Source: Gracilinanus agilis (lineage: Eukaryota). From it: 64,000 nucleotides of DNA. Shown piece by piece: positions 18,352 through 30,175 of this stretch. The translations under genes and the position numbers were made by a program. Each line of letters opens with the position of its first letter. Positions within the stretch are counted from its first letter, which is position 1. The stretch lies in contig NC_058133.1 of NCBI RefSeq assembly GCF_016433145.1, forward strand, positions 277,744,641 through 277,808,640, written 5' to 3'. The notes beneath the pieces were generated by a model, which saw nothing but the letters and a program-made list of their open reading frames with translations, did not search any database and was not told where the DNA came from.

Positions 18352-20713
18352 CCCCTCCCTCCCCCATCTGTCGAGAGGGGGTGGGCGGCAGAGGGGGAGG
18401 TGTCGCAAGGATTGAGGGGGCTGGGAGGCCTTCCCGCCCCACCCCCGCTCCACGCCAAACTTTATCCCTTACCCCCAATCGGGGGAGCCACGGATGTCCG
18501 AGTGACCACAAGGGGAAAGGGCACGCTTTGAGGGAGATTGGACAGATCAGCATGGACTGAGACCTCGGCTACCCTCTTATACAGAAAGAGTAGGAGTGGT
18601 GAGTGAGTGCGTGCGTGCGTGTGCGCGTGTGTGTTTGCTTGGAGGAGGGGGAGACTGGCTCTGGAGTTTCAGAGATTTGGGGGATTCAGAATTGTCAAGG
18701 CCAAAGCGACCCATACTCTGCCCCTTGCCAAATCCTGTGTTTCTAAGGGTATAAAGTGACACAGGTAGCCTCACCTAACCTGGCTTGGGACCTAGCCTTT
18801 TACAAGATCTGACTGTTATATGGGGTCCTGTTATCTCCCTCTTTTCTGTCCACCCCTCCTCTTCCTCCTTGTCAGCCTTCTCCATGGAAGAGAGAGGCCT
18901 TCTTTAGAGAGCTAGGGAGAGAAAGATCTTGGGTAGAGGAAAAATACTGGGGGTACCTGAAGAAAAGGACATCCCCTCCTCACTCACTTTACTGCATTTG
19001 GATACTGTGTTGGGGTATGGTGGAAGGGAAGGATTAGAGGGTTAACCTTTACTCCCCTAATTAGGTAGGTGGGTCCTGTGGATGAACTCAGCACTCTGGG
19101 AATCCCAACTTCAATTCCATGGAAAATACTGAGATCCTTTCCTCTCTGCCCCCACCCCCAGGCCAGTTTTCCTTCTGCCTCTCCCTCCTTTAAGCCTCCT
19201 GTTTATCCCTCTGGTCCCAGGAGTCTAGGCTTCCAGACTCCTCTTTTTCACAAAGATATCACCTGTCTTTGAATCTCTTTCTCTTATTGCTGGAGGATGA
19301 GATTGCATTGTAGGAAGATAGGACAACTGGATTCCTTTCCTAAATTCATTTGGGTCTTGGTTTCTCCACTTAGGACAGAGGTCATGTGCCTTTTCTAGAG
19401 GGGAGGATGAGTGGGTGAGATTGACACACGGGATTCTGGCCAGGGAGAATGACAGAATAAAGTGATGTAGGGTGAGAGGAATGAATGGAGAGAGTGACCA
19501 AGGAGAGAATAGGGCAGAACTAGACCAAAACTGAGATGGGGAGAGTGGGCTTCCCTCTGCGCCCCCTTCTCCATATTCCCTGAGCTGACAATTTTGTTCC
19601 AAGCCTAAGCTGGAGAAATGCTGGGTTCTGGTGTTTTGGGGCTCTTAGTGATGTATTTATACCCCAACCCTCAGCAGCACTAGCCCCATGAGGTGGTCAT
19701 TGCTGTGTATCCTAAGCTCCCTTAAGGAAGGCAGGAACAAGCCCTGCCCCCAATTCTCTTCTGCTATCTGTGGTTTAGCAGCCTTTCCTTCTTGCTGCCC
19801 CTAAGCTCTATTCAGTAACCTGGTCCTTTGGTGCAAAAGGGCCCCAATACTTCCTTCCTGTCCCTGGTTGTTTCAGCCTGCATGTCTTTGTGCTTCCCTC
19901 TCCTCCCAGATGTCTGTCCTCAGCTCAAGCTCACCTCTGCTGATTTAGTGCAGAAAGGTAAAAGCAGTCTAGAGATGAGTTATGGTAGGCCTTTGTCTAG
20001 AATTTCCTTTCCCTTGCTCTCTCCCATCTCCCTCAGAAGACACCTAAAGGTAACCAACCCTTCTCCCCACTTTAGGCCCAACAATGTCAGTGCCCCCCTC
20101 ATTGTGGCCTCCACCTATGCAACATCAACTCGGTCCCCACATCCCTCCTCATTAGGGGTTTGGGGAAAGAAATTCAGGAGGCACTGCTTCTGGGCTCTTT
20201 CAAGGTGATTAGACTGGTGTGGGCCTGTGTGTTTGTGGCTAAGAGGCTGATGCTGGGGTTGGGGAGGCTATGGGAAGGTGGTACCAGAATGTCCACTAGA
20301 TTCCTCTGGGAACTTTTCTCCCCATCTCTACCCCCTGCTGTATAATCCTACACTCAGTTGGCTGCCTCCCTGAGTCTGTCCTCTCTCCCCCATTCGGTCT
20401 CTAGCCTGGTCTGAGCCATCTCTTCACTCCCACCTAACGGGCATCTGTGAGATATAGATGGTGAGGCAGAGGGACACCTTCCCACTTCATGGTCAGCCCC
20501 ATCCCATTCTATGTTGCTCCTCCTACTGTCAACTTGTAAAAACATCTTGTTCTTCAGAAAGAAGGAAAACCTTTTCAGCCCATTCCCATTCCTATTCCCT
20601 TCAGAAAGGGCCTGAGAGGTTATGGTGGGGATGCAGGATGCCAAGAGAAGGGGATCAGGACTTGGACTTCTCGTTCCTTGTCTGGACTCACCACCCCTGG
20701 CCTTGGGTGTCAT

Positions 20714-20715
<2 letters not shown>

Positions 20716-20762
<47 letters not shown>
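20716..20762 (+). repeat. (AC)23 microsatellite in the TMEM151B 3' UTR
   Basis: Seen directly. Confidence 0.95.
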
Positions 20763-20763
<1 letters not shown>

Positions 20764-21524
20764 TCACACTGGCAGACTTAGAGGCGTCAGTCGTTCAGTT
20801 CTTGCTTGGTGATTCTTCTGATTGGCAGGAGAAATTCAAACCAGTGAAATTAATCTCCAAAATTAAAACCGTACACTGAATGTTCTCATTCCTTTGATGA
20901 GGAAGTCTGCACACACACACGCACACCCACACATTCACACTTGCACAGAGATGGAATCAAACTCACAGTGGCACAGGCACACAGATGGGCAGGGCACTGA
21001 CAAGCTGCGGGACTCACACATGCACACTCCCCATTGGTGCTCTGCTAGGTGTCGGCTGGCTGGCAAGGCAGCTCCAGCTATCTCTTTTCCCCAAATGCCC
21101 TGCCCTGGGGATTTGCCTGATACTTCTTGGCTTTTTGTCCAGGAAGGGGGCTCACCCTTTCTCTGGGCTTCCAGGATTGGGGGATAGGGTAACGGGATGG
21201 GGAAAACGGTCATTTCTCTGTTAGATTCTTTGACAAATACCAGCAGGGGTAGGAAGGGGAGAGCTTGCCTGTTTCCTAGTCTTCCCCACACCCTGGGGTA
21301 GGCAGACAGGGTGAAGACAACCCTGGGAAGATGGAGATAGTGGGATGCAGGCATTTACTAGCCACATGCCTTGGGCAACATCTGGAAAGTTTGGTGTGCT
21401 GGGGATGAGGGCTAGGGGCTGCAAAAGGGGGGTAGGACAGTGTTCTGTCCATTGGGTGCATCACACTGTGGCCTTTCTGTTAAGGATCTCCAAGTGGAAA
21501 GATTGTACAAACCAAACATGGAAA

Positions 21525-21530
21525 AATAAA
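21525..21530 (+). terminator. Probable TMEM151B polyadenylation signal AATAAA (3' UTR about 3.2 kb)
   Basis: AATAAA with an upstream TGTA element near 21504. A proximal AATAAA also exists at 19456-19461. Confidence 0.55.
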
Positions 21531-22403
21531 GTTTTCAGATGACTCACTGATTTCCCTCAACAGCTTGGTGTCTCCTTCCTTCCTTCTCCAATCTCTTCCC
21601 TGTGCTATACACTCCATTTATAGTCCTTTAGGATTCGCAGCTGGTAGCAAAGTGAGACTTGGGTCTAGATTTAGGGAAGGCCACTTAACCCTTTCCACTC
21701 AGAGATTTTCTCCCTTTTAAACCCTGCTCTATTCTGTGGTGACCCCTTTGAGAAGGTGGAGTGCATGCATGCACTTATACCATCCCTTCTTCCATAAATT
21801 TATCACCCAAGGATAGTTCCCCCTATCCTCAACTAGCCCTGTTCTCCCACTCCCTGAGAGAGGCAGCTTAGGCAGGGGAATGACTCAGGAAGAGGACAGA
21901 GATGGAGAGAGGAAGGTGGCCTTGGCTGGGGTAGGGATGGCAGATGGTAGCCAGGCATCACGCCCCAAAAGAGCCAGCTCTGTGTTTGTATATATATATA
22001 GGTTGGAAGACATGCTTATCACTGTCTCCTATGGTATTCTGGGTAAGGAATTGGGGCTCAGCACAGAGGTAAAGAAGACAGAGGGACAAGGAAGGACAGG
22101 AATGGGGGCCCAGATGAAGGAGATATTTATAACCTCTTTATAGATGTCTCTTGAATTTCCCCACTCCCTCCAGAGATTTGTACCCATCCTAGGCTTGGAG
22201 AAACTTTGCTTCTTCCCAGTGTTCCCAGCTTTTCTGTCCCTTGATATATAACCAGGTACCTGCTTGCTCCAAGCCAAGTCCTTAACCCCAACACCCCTCC
22301 CCAGTTCCTTTTTAATTTTCCCCTTTAATTTTCCACTACCAAGACTCTTCCTCTTCTACCCTTGTGACCTGCAGCCGATGATGGGATGCAAGAGGATGAG
22401 GGC

Positions 22404-22409
22404 TTTATT
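22404..22409 (-). terminator. Probable TCTE1 polyadenylation signal AATAAA
   Basis: tttatt on the + strand, about 90 nt past the TCTE1 stop codon. Confidence 0.6.
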
Positions 22410-22499
22410 AGAAAACTATCTTAGGGACAAAGCTGGTTTATGGGCAAGGGGATGGGGCTCAGTGAGAGGGGGAGGCGGGCTTAATAGCAGGTAGACGCC

Positions 22500-22877
22500 T
22501 CAGGAGCTTGTCACGCTTGCTGCCATCGTCACTGTTGGCATTGTCGCTGTTGTAGCTGTTGTCATCGTCATCGTTGAATTGGCCACTGTCATTGTCGAAT
22601 TGGCCATTGTAGTCGTTGAACTGGTCATTGCCGTCGCTGTTGTCGTTGTTGCTGTCTCTGTTGTCGCTGTTGCTATTGTAGTCGCGATGTTGAGTTTGCT
22701 GACTGTTATATGACAGCAGGTAGACTGCAAGGTTCGAAGACGAGCAGCCTCTCGGTTGGCATTGAGAGCCACATTGATGAGGTATTCACTCTCCTGGCCA
22801 ATCTCAGACATCCGCAGGTCAAACTCCATCAGGGTCTTATTGTCAGACATGCCCTCCAAAAGCTGCTTCCCACCATC
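22500..22877 (-). CDS. TCTE1: TCTE1 last coding exon with a Thr/Ala/Met-rich tail
   Basis: Acceptor cacag|GAT; DGGKQLLEG...; TGA at 22502-22500. Confidence 0.9.
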   Translation of the reverse strand, partial: DGGKQLLEGMSDNKTLMEFDLRMSEIGQESEYLINVALNANREAARLRTLQSTCCHITVSKLNIATTIATATTETATTTTATAMTSSTTTMANSTMTVANSTMTMTTATTATMPTVTMAASVTSS

Positions 22878-25508
22878 CTGTGCCATGGAGTGTGAGGAAG
22901 AGAAAATGGTAAGGGTGGGGAGCTTTTCGGGAAGGATAAATTAGAGAGGCATTTTTCCTGGGGGGTGGCCTTATTCTAAGAGGGGACAACATGAGACCTT
23001 GATGAGGCTATTTCACTTTTGGACCTGTTTTCTTCTCTGTACAATGAAGAAGTTAGATTCTGTAATATCTGAAGTCCCTGTCAATCTAAGTTTCATGACT
23101 ATGGTTCAATGGGTCATGATACCATGAGTCTACAAATAGTGTCCTCCAGCCCTCCTCTCTTGTCTCTCAGCTCCATTAGTTTCCTCTACAACCCTTGCTG
23201 TGGCATGTCTACTTAGACTGGTATCAAATTCAAACAGCTGGTGTGTGACCTTGGGCAAGTCACTTGACCCCCATTGCCCACCCTTACTCTTCCACCTAGG
23301 AGCCAATACATAGAAGTTAAGGGTTTAAAAAAAATTTTCAAACAGCTGGGTGACGGTGCATTGAGAGCCAGCCCTAGAGAGAGGAGGACCTGGGTTCAAA
23401 TGTGGCCTCAGACAGTTCCTGGCTGTGTGCCTCAATTGCCTACTCTTTACTCTTCTTCGGTCTTAATTGATCTTAAGACAGAAGGTAAGGGTTTAAAGAA
23501 AATTCAAGTCTATCTACAGCACTGAATAATGCCATACCTCCTACCACTGACCCTTTGCCCATCTGCCCCATTGCCATCCCTTCCTAGGGCCCTCCTAGCT
23601 GACTCACCAAACCAATGTGATTGCAGGAGAGATTGATACAAGTCAGGGTGGTGTTGACTGACAGCACCTGGGAGAACAGAGTGGCTGTGGGCTCAGATAA
23701 CTCGTTGCCCGCCAGGTTTATGTAGGTGAGGGTTGAGTTGGTCTGCAGGGCATGGGCCACAGCCTGCCCACCCTCGTCCTCGATGCAGTTGAGGCGAAGG
23801 TTGAGGGAGATGAGAGTGGTGTTGTAGGACAGAGCATGGGCTAGTGCCTGGGCCCCCATAGCTCTGATTCTGTTGTTGGCAAGGTTGAGGATTTTCACTT
23901 GGCTGTGGTTGATCAGTTTGGCTGCAGCCCTCACACCTCGGTCCCCAATTTTGTTGTGTGACAGGTTTAGCTCCAGCAGGGCTGGGTGGTCCAGGAGGCT
24001 TCGAATCAGGATACGAGCCTTCTCATCATCCACCTTGCTCCGAGTCAGTTTAAACACCTGAAGGGGCAGAAGAGTTTCCTGGGGGTAACTGAGTAAGAAC
24101 TTATCCTATCTGTTCTTTCTCAGGGAACATGGGCATAGGGAGGGAAGCAGTGATCTGAATCTCTAGCACTTGTCCCATAGCCTGACTCCTTGGATTGGGC
24201 TCTGAAGGTGGAGGGCATCTTTACCCTGCATGGGAGGATGATATAGGATGGGATATGGGTGATGGCATAACTAGTAAAGATCTCTCTAGCTTGCTAAAAG
24301 AAGTATTCTCCGTGGACAGTGTTGACCTTGGAGTTGGGGAGACCTGGGTTCAAATCCCACCTCTGATACTTGCTAGCTCTGTGACCTTAAGCAAGTCTCA
24401 ACCTTCTTAGTATTTGTTCCCTCATCTATGAAATGAAGAAAATAGAATATTGTACCTACTTGCAAGATTGTTGGACGATTCCGAGATATTTGTAAAGTAC
24501 TTTGTGGATTTAAACACACCATATGAAATTATTATTATAAGTAAGTCCCATCATTCTCCATTGATATTTCACTGTGGTATGGAGGAGACCCTAAGATCTA
24601 GCAGGCTATTTAAGGGGAGCCAGGGTGGTACTTTATAAAGAACTTTGGTTTTGAAAGCAGAGGATGTGAGTTCAAATGCTAACTCCCCGAACAAATTTAC
24701 CCAAGTTACTTTACCTTGTTGGCCCTGGTTTCCTTCTCTGCAAAATGAGGAAGTTAGATGCCTGAACTGGCATCTGAGTTCCCTTCCAGCTCTTGTTGGA
24801 ATTCAATCGTGTCTGACTCTTCAGGACTTCATTTGGGGGTTTCTTAGCAAAGATACTGGAGTTGTTTGCCATATCCTTTTCCAGCTCATTTTATAAAAGA
24901 GAAAACTGAGGTAAACAGGGTTAAGTGTCATACAGCTGGATTTGAACTCAGTTCTTCCTTACTCCAGGACCAGTACTCTATCTACTCTGCCACCTAGCTG
25001 CCTCTTCCAACTCTAGTTTGTGAAACTGTCAAAATGTTGGGAGATCTTACCATTGGGAAAAAGGCTTTGAGTGATGAGTCTAACACTGGGTTTTATGTCT
25101 TTGGTCTGAAGAGTGGCCTATATATTAGAAGAAAGTCATGAATTTTTTTTTAACACACTTTAAAAACTCTCTCTTAAAAGGGATGAGATCTGAGCTGGTG
25201 GAAGGAATAGCAACCCAATGACAAGACTGAAATTCCTGAAGTGCTCATATACTAAAGCTAACCTTAGAAGGGAAATTTCTTTTTTTTTAAATTTTTTAAT
25301 TTTTTTTTTAAACCTTTACCTTCCATCTTGGAGTCAGCTGTGTATTGGCTCCAAGGCAGAAGAGTGGTGAGGGCTAGGCAATGGGGGTCAAGTGACTTGC
25401 CCAGGGTCACACAGCTGGGAAGTGTCTGAGGCTGGATTTGAACCTAGGACTCCCATCTCTAGGCCTGGCTCTCAATCCACTGAGCTACCCAGCTGCCCCC
25501 TAGAAGGG

Positions 25509-25593
<85 letters not shown>

Positions 25594-28500
25594 CTCTGTA
25601 TGTGTAGTACCTTCTATCTTAGAACTAATGCTGTGTGTATTGGCTCCAAGGTAGAAGAGCAGTAAGGGCTACACAATGACGGTTAAGTAACTTGCCCAGG
25701 GTCACACCGCTAGGAAGTGTCTGAGGTCAGATTTGAACCCAGGACCTTCGGCGTCTAGACTTGGCTCTCAATCCACTGAGCTACCCACTTCCCATTTTCT
25801 AGATGAGGAAACACATGAAATGATTTGTCTATAGGCACAGCTAGTTAATGACAATCTGGATTCAAACTCAGATCTTCTGATTCTAAATCAGAGAATGTTT
25901 TTCACTCCTTTGTGCTGTGGACGACTGGGCCCTGACATTCTGGGGTTCTGTGGGGAAAAAAAAGGGGGTGGGTGGGACAAGGGGATGAGGCTTCACTACC
26001 TTGAGAGTTTGACAAGCCTTAATGGTGGCAGCCAGGGAGTAGCAGTCTCGGGTGGTGAAGTTAAAGAGATTCCACTCGAAGTTCATGCCGCAGTCTTTCA
26101 CTCCGTACACCAGATCCAGCTCTTCCAGACGATGGAGTTTGCCCACCAGTTCATCCAGCTGGAAGTGATCCATGTTGAGTTCCTCGGGCTCACCCTCACT
26201 GGCTGAGTCTGATTGCTCCAGATCCTGGCCCGGCTGCTCTAGCTTCACGGGGGGCAGGAACTGGTCCACCTGGAGCCTGACCACGTAGTCCTTGCAGAGA
26301 GGCACCAAGTCTAGGATCTCGTTGGGGTCCGTGGTTCCCGGAATGAAGAGTTTCAAACGTTCCTGGAGGTGCCTCTCAAAGAACATTCGTTTCCAGCTGT
26401 TTCCGTACTTCTCCACGTGGCCCACCGTCCAGCACTTGTTGCAGCGGCGGTGCCAGTACTCCTCGTCCGAAATCAGGTTGGCCACCACATTCAGGGGCAC
26501 ATCCAGGGAGATGCGATCTAGCACCCTCCGCTGCTGGTCTGGGCGGAGCTCTCTGAGTATGGGCTTGGCTGTGAGGAGGAAAGGCAAAGTGGAATCAAAG
26601 GTTATCTTATCTGGAATCAGTTACCGAACTCCAGGGGTGAAGGAATGGATTCAGTGTTGGACTCAGAGGAAGAGCTGAGTTCAAATAGTAACCTTGGGGA
26701 AGTCTCCTCACCTGTTAAACGGGGATAATAGCGCCTGCCTACCATGGTAGCTGGGGCAACTGGGGTGGGGTGGGGGGCAGTGGATGGAGTGCGGGGTCTG
26801 GAGTCAAAAGGATTTGAGTTCAAGTGTGGCCTCCGATGCTTACTAGTTACCCTTAACTCGTTTGCCTTAATTTCCTCATCTGTAAAATGAGCTGGAGAAG
26901 CAAACCACACCAGTATCTTTGCAAGAAGACCCCAAATAACAACACTGTGGTGGCTGTGAAAATTACATGAGGTAATATACCCCAAAGCGATTTGTCAACC
27001 ATATATAAATATAAATATTACCTATTGTTAGAGGCAACAGGGAACAATAAAAGGGAGAGTTTCTGCCTTCAAAGAACTTAAACATTCTTAGAAGTTCCCA
27101 GAAAAGTAAGCAGAGGATTATATGAAAAACAAAAACAAACTGGTTGGCATAGGACACTAGCAACTGGGGGGATTTTGTTAAAATTTTTTTTAAAATCTGT
27201 TTCTATTTTATCTGCCAAGGATAATAATTATTTTTAAATCAGTTTTTTTTTAATGAACAAAAATTCCAATTTCTCTCACTCCCACTTCCTTCCCCATTTC
27301 ATTGAAAAACAAAACCCTGGTAACATAGAGGCATAGTCAAACAAAATAAGCTGCCAAATTGGTCATGTTCCCCCCAAAATATACCTCTCTCTGTACTCTG
27401 ATGTCACTGGGAGAATCCAGAAGGAGTTCAAACAGGAAAACATTCTAAGCTTGGAGGGAAAACCTGTGCAAAATGGGATGTATGGTACGGGGAATAACCA
27501 GTGGGCTATTTAAACTAGATCATGGGCTGGGAAAGAGAAGAGAAGGAATCAGGATTTATAAAGCACCTACTATGAGCCAGGCACCTTGTTAAATATTTAT
27601 GAATATTATCTCTTTTGATCCTCACAACAACCCTGTGTGTTAGGTGCTATTACCCACATTTTATAGTTGAAGAAACTGAGGCAAACTGAGGTCAATTGAC
27701 TTGTTCAGGGTCACAATTAGTAAAAGCCCAAGGCTGGATCTGAACTCAGTTCTTCCTGACTCTGGGACCAGAATTCTTACATCTAGATGTCTCAAGGAAG
27801 ATTAGTGAAGACAATCTAGGGTGTAGTTAGTCAGGGAAGGCTTCTGGGAAGAAGGGAGCTTGCTTTGAACTCTTTAATTTGATCCAGAGTCTTCCTAAGT
27901 GGACCCAGCTAGAAGTGGGACAGTATGCAGGAATCTAAAGTTGGTATTGAGCTGCATAGAGGGTTTATTCTGCTCTTTTTCTGACCTGGGAAGATCAAGA
28001 GAGTCCCTGCCCTGAAGGAACATAGTAATCCTAGGATCATATTTCTAGATCGACAAGGGATATCAGAAATCATCTCATTCAATTCCCCTCATTTTACATT
28101 GGAGGAGACTGAGTGATGGGCATAAGATTTGAACCCAGGTTCTTCAACTTCCAATCCAGGACTCTTTCCATCCATTATCTGACAAATGGTGGATCATATG
28201 ATCATGGAATCCTGGATATTAAGCTGGAAGGAGTAAAAGGGGCCTTAGAAGTTATTTAGGCTAGTCCTCTTCATTTTACAAATAAGGAAATTGAAGTCAG
28301 GGGAGGTTGAGTGACTGACCTGAGGTCATGGAGATAGTAGATGTTAGAGTCAGGGTGCCTCAGTTTACCCTCAGTTACTTATAAGGGCATCTCATTAGAT
28401 CGCTCCTAACTCATCCTTACTCTTTCTGTCAAACATTTTCCTTACTCCCAACATGGACATTCACCTTGTCTAATAATAATTCTTGTGCCAGCCTGTCCTT

Positions 28501-30175
28501 TGAAACTCAGATTTTGTATGTACTGCAGGAAGGCACTAGTATAACTTGTATCAAACTATTTACTGCCTCAGAAGTAGAAGAAGGGCAGGAGGGAGAGAGT
28601 CTGAATCAGAAAATATCAGAAGACAATTGTCAAAAATTGTTTCTACATATAACTGAAAAAAATAATATTTAATTAAAAAACCTCTCCAGGGTAGCTGGGT
28701 AGCTCAGTGGATTAAGAGCCAGGCCTAGAGATGGGAGTTCCTGGGTTCAAATCTGGCCTTAGACACTTCCCAGCTGTGTGACCTGGGCAAGTCACTTAAC
28801 CCCCATTGCCTAGCCCTTAGTACTCTTCTGCCTTTGAACCAATACACAGTATTGATTCTAAGACAGAAGGGAAGAGTTTTTTAAAAAGTGGAATTTGAAC
28901 CCAGTTCCTCTGGCTCAGGGAAGACTCACTGAATTTGGAGTCAACATCTAGGCTCAATTTTCTTGCCCCGTCTATGATCTCAGGCAAATCTTCATTTCTT
29001 TGTACTTCATTTTCCTCATTTACAAAATGAGAGTGTTGAGGGAGCAACTGGGTGGCTCAATGAATTGAGAACCAGGCCTAGAGATGGGAGGTCCTAGGTT
29101 CAAATCTGACCTCAGAGACACTTCCCAGCTGTGTGACCCTGGGCAAGTCACTTGACCCCCATTGCCTAGCTCTTACCACTCTTCTGCCTTGGAACCAATA
29201 CACAGTATTGATTTTAAGGGGAAAGGGAAGGAGTTATAAAACAAACAAACAAACTCCCCCTCAGATTTCAGGAGAGATTGGTTGGGCTAGGGTTGGTCAA
29301 GAGAGAGAGCAAAGAAGGGCATTTTGGGCAAGCTAGAAAGGTTGTGAGGGCAACAGTTACACCATGTTCCAGGAGGACATGGGCTGAACCCCAGTAGAGG
29401 ATGTTTATGTATTTATGAACATCAATTAATATTTATTGGTGTTTCCATTCATGCATTGGCTTGTAAGGACTCTTGTGTTTTTCCTGTCTTTCCTTGTGAC
29501 ACTAGGAGCCCCAGTAAGTAATTGTGCCTCTTCCAGGAGCCTGAGAGCTCCTTAAAGGCAGGGACAGTACCTGTCCCATCAGATTGGCAGTGCCTACCTC
29601 TCTTAACTAAGTGGAAACACTCTAAAGGAAGGGACTATGTCTCCCCCATTAGATGGGGTATTCTTTGAAGCTGGTTTAGCTTTTACCTGGGACTGGAAAA
29701 CTTTCCACTGTGGCTAAAGATTTCTTCTAAGCCATCAACAAAAAGAAGTTTAGCGGTGGTCAGGACTGGGACTGGGGGCTGCTGTGAACCCAGGATGGCT
29801 GAGAGCAAAGCTACTAGATGTGGAGGAAGCTGAGAGTTGGGGGAGAGGCCCAATCCTGGAAGCTGAAAACCTTCCCTTTGGTTAGCTGATAGGGCACCTC
29901 TCTAGGAAGCCATGGCACAATATCCAGGGACTCTGTTGCCCCTGATCCTCTTGGGCTTCTCCTCCCAGTAGCTTCCAGAGCAGCCTCCCTGAGGTTAGTA
30001 GGGATAAATGGGACTTACTCTCAAAGTTGCTGATAATATGCTGCAAGCAGAGGTCAGAGAGCATGGGTACGATGGCCAGGCTCCATTCGGGGTCCTCGGA
30101 AATGATGCGACGCATCCTCCGGGAGTTGTTGGCCGGGTTGGCCCCTGCGGTCTTTGATGGTGGGGGGACCGTCAT
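22500..30175 (-). CDS. TCTE1: T-complex-associated testis-expressed protein 1 / dynein regulatory complex subunit 5 (LRR protein), complement join(30019..30175,26000..26568,23608..24057,22500..22877), 517 aa
   Basis: RRMRRIISEDPEWSLAIVP, WKRMFFERHL, LEELDLVYGVKDCGMNFEWNLF, LRR repeats and DGGKQLLEGMSDNKTL match recalled DRC5. Junction phases are 1, 0, 0. The start codon is inferred: accATG, with an in-frame TGA upstream at 30217-30215. Confidence 0.92.
23608..24057 (-). CDS. TCTE1: TCTE1 third coding exon (LRRs)
   Basis: Acceptor cttcag|GTG; VFKLTRSKVDD...NHIGL; donor TTG|GTGAGT. Confidence 0.95.
24780..25002 (-). mobile_element. MAR1-like SINE
   Basis: gtctgactct...catttggggg...tttcttagcaaagatactgg...gccat...tccagctcattt CORE domain. 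Confidence 0.65.
25300..25500 (-). mobile_element. SINE1_Mdo-like SINE
   Basis: Antisense of gggcagctgggtagctcagtggattgagagccaggcctagag..., with a T-tail on the left. Confidence 0.85.
25512..25597 (+). repeat. (TC)n microsatellite, about 39 perfect units
   Basis: Seen directly. Confidence 0.95.
25608..25790 (-). mobile_element. SINE1_Mdo-like SINE
   Basis: Same family pattern, antisense. Confidence 0.8.
26000..26568 (-). CDS. TCTE1: TCTE1 second coding exon
   Basis: Acceptor ctcacag|CC; 569 nt; weak donor AAG|GTAGTG. Confidence 0.92.
28688..28885 (+). mobile_element. SINE1_Mdo-like SINE
   Basis: A box gtagctcagtgg, B box ggttcaaatc, family body. Confidence 0.85.
29041..29240 (+). mobile_element. 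SINE1_Mdo-like SINE
   Basis: Same family pattern. Confidence 0.85.
30019..30175 (-). CDS. TCTE1: TCTE1 first coding exon
   Basis: MTVPPP...IISNFE; phase-1 donor GAGA|GTAAGT; likely acceptor ctcccag|GTAACC at 30181. Confidence 0.85.

Noticed and set aside
18352-21530. Seed matches for miR-124 (GTGCCTT, 19386-19392) and miR-128 (CACTGTG, about 21464) in the 3' UTR
   Set aside because: Single 7-mers are expected by chance in 3 kb, and conservation cannot be assessed here.
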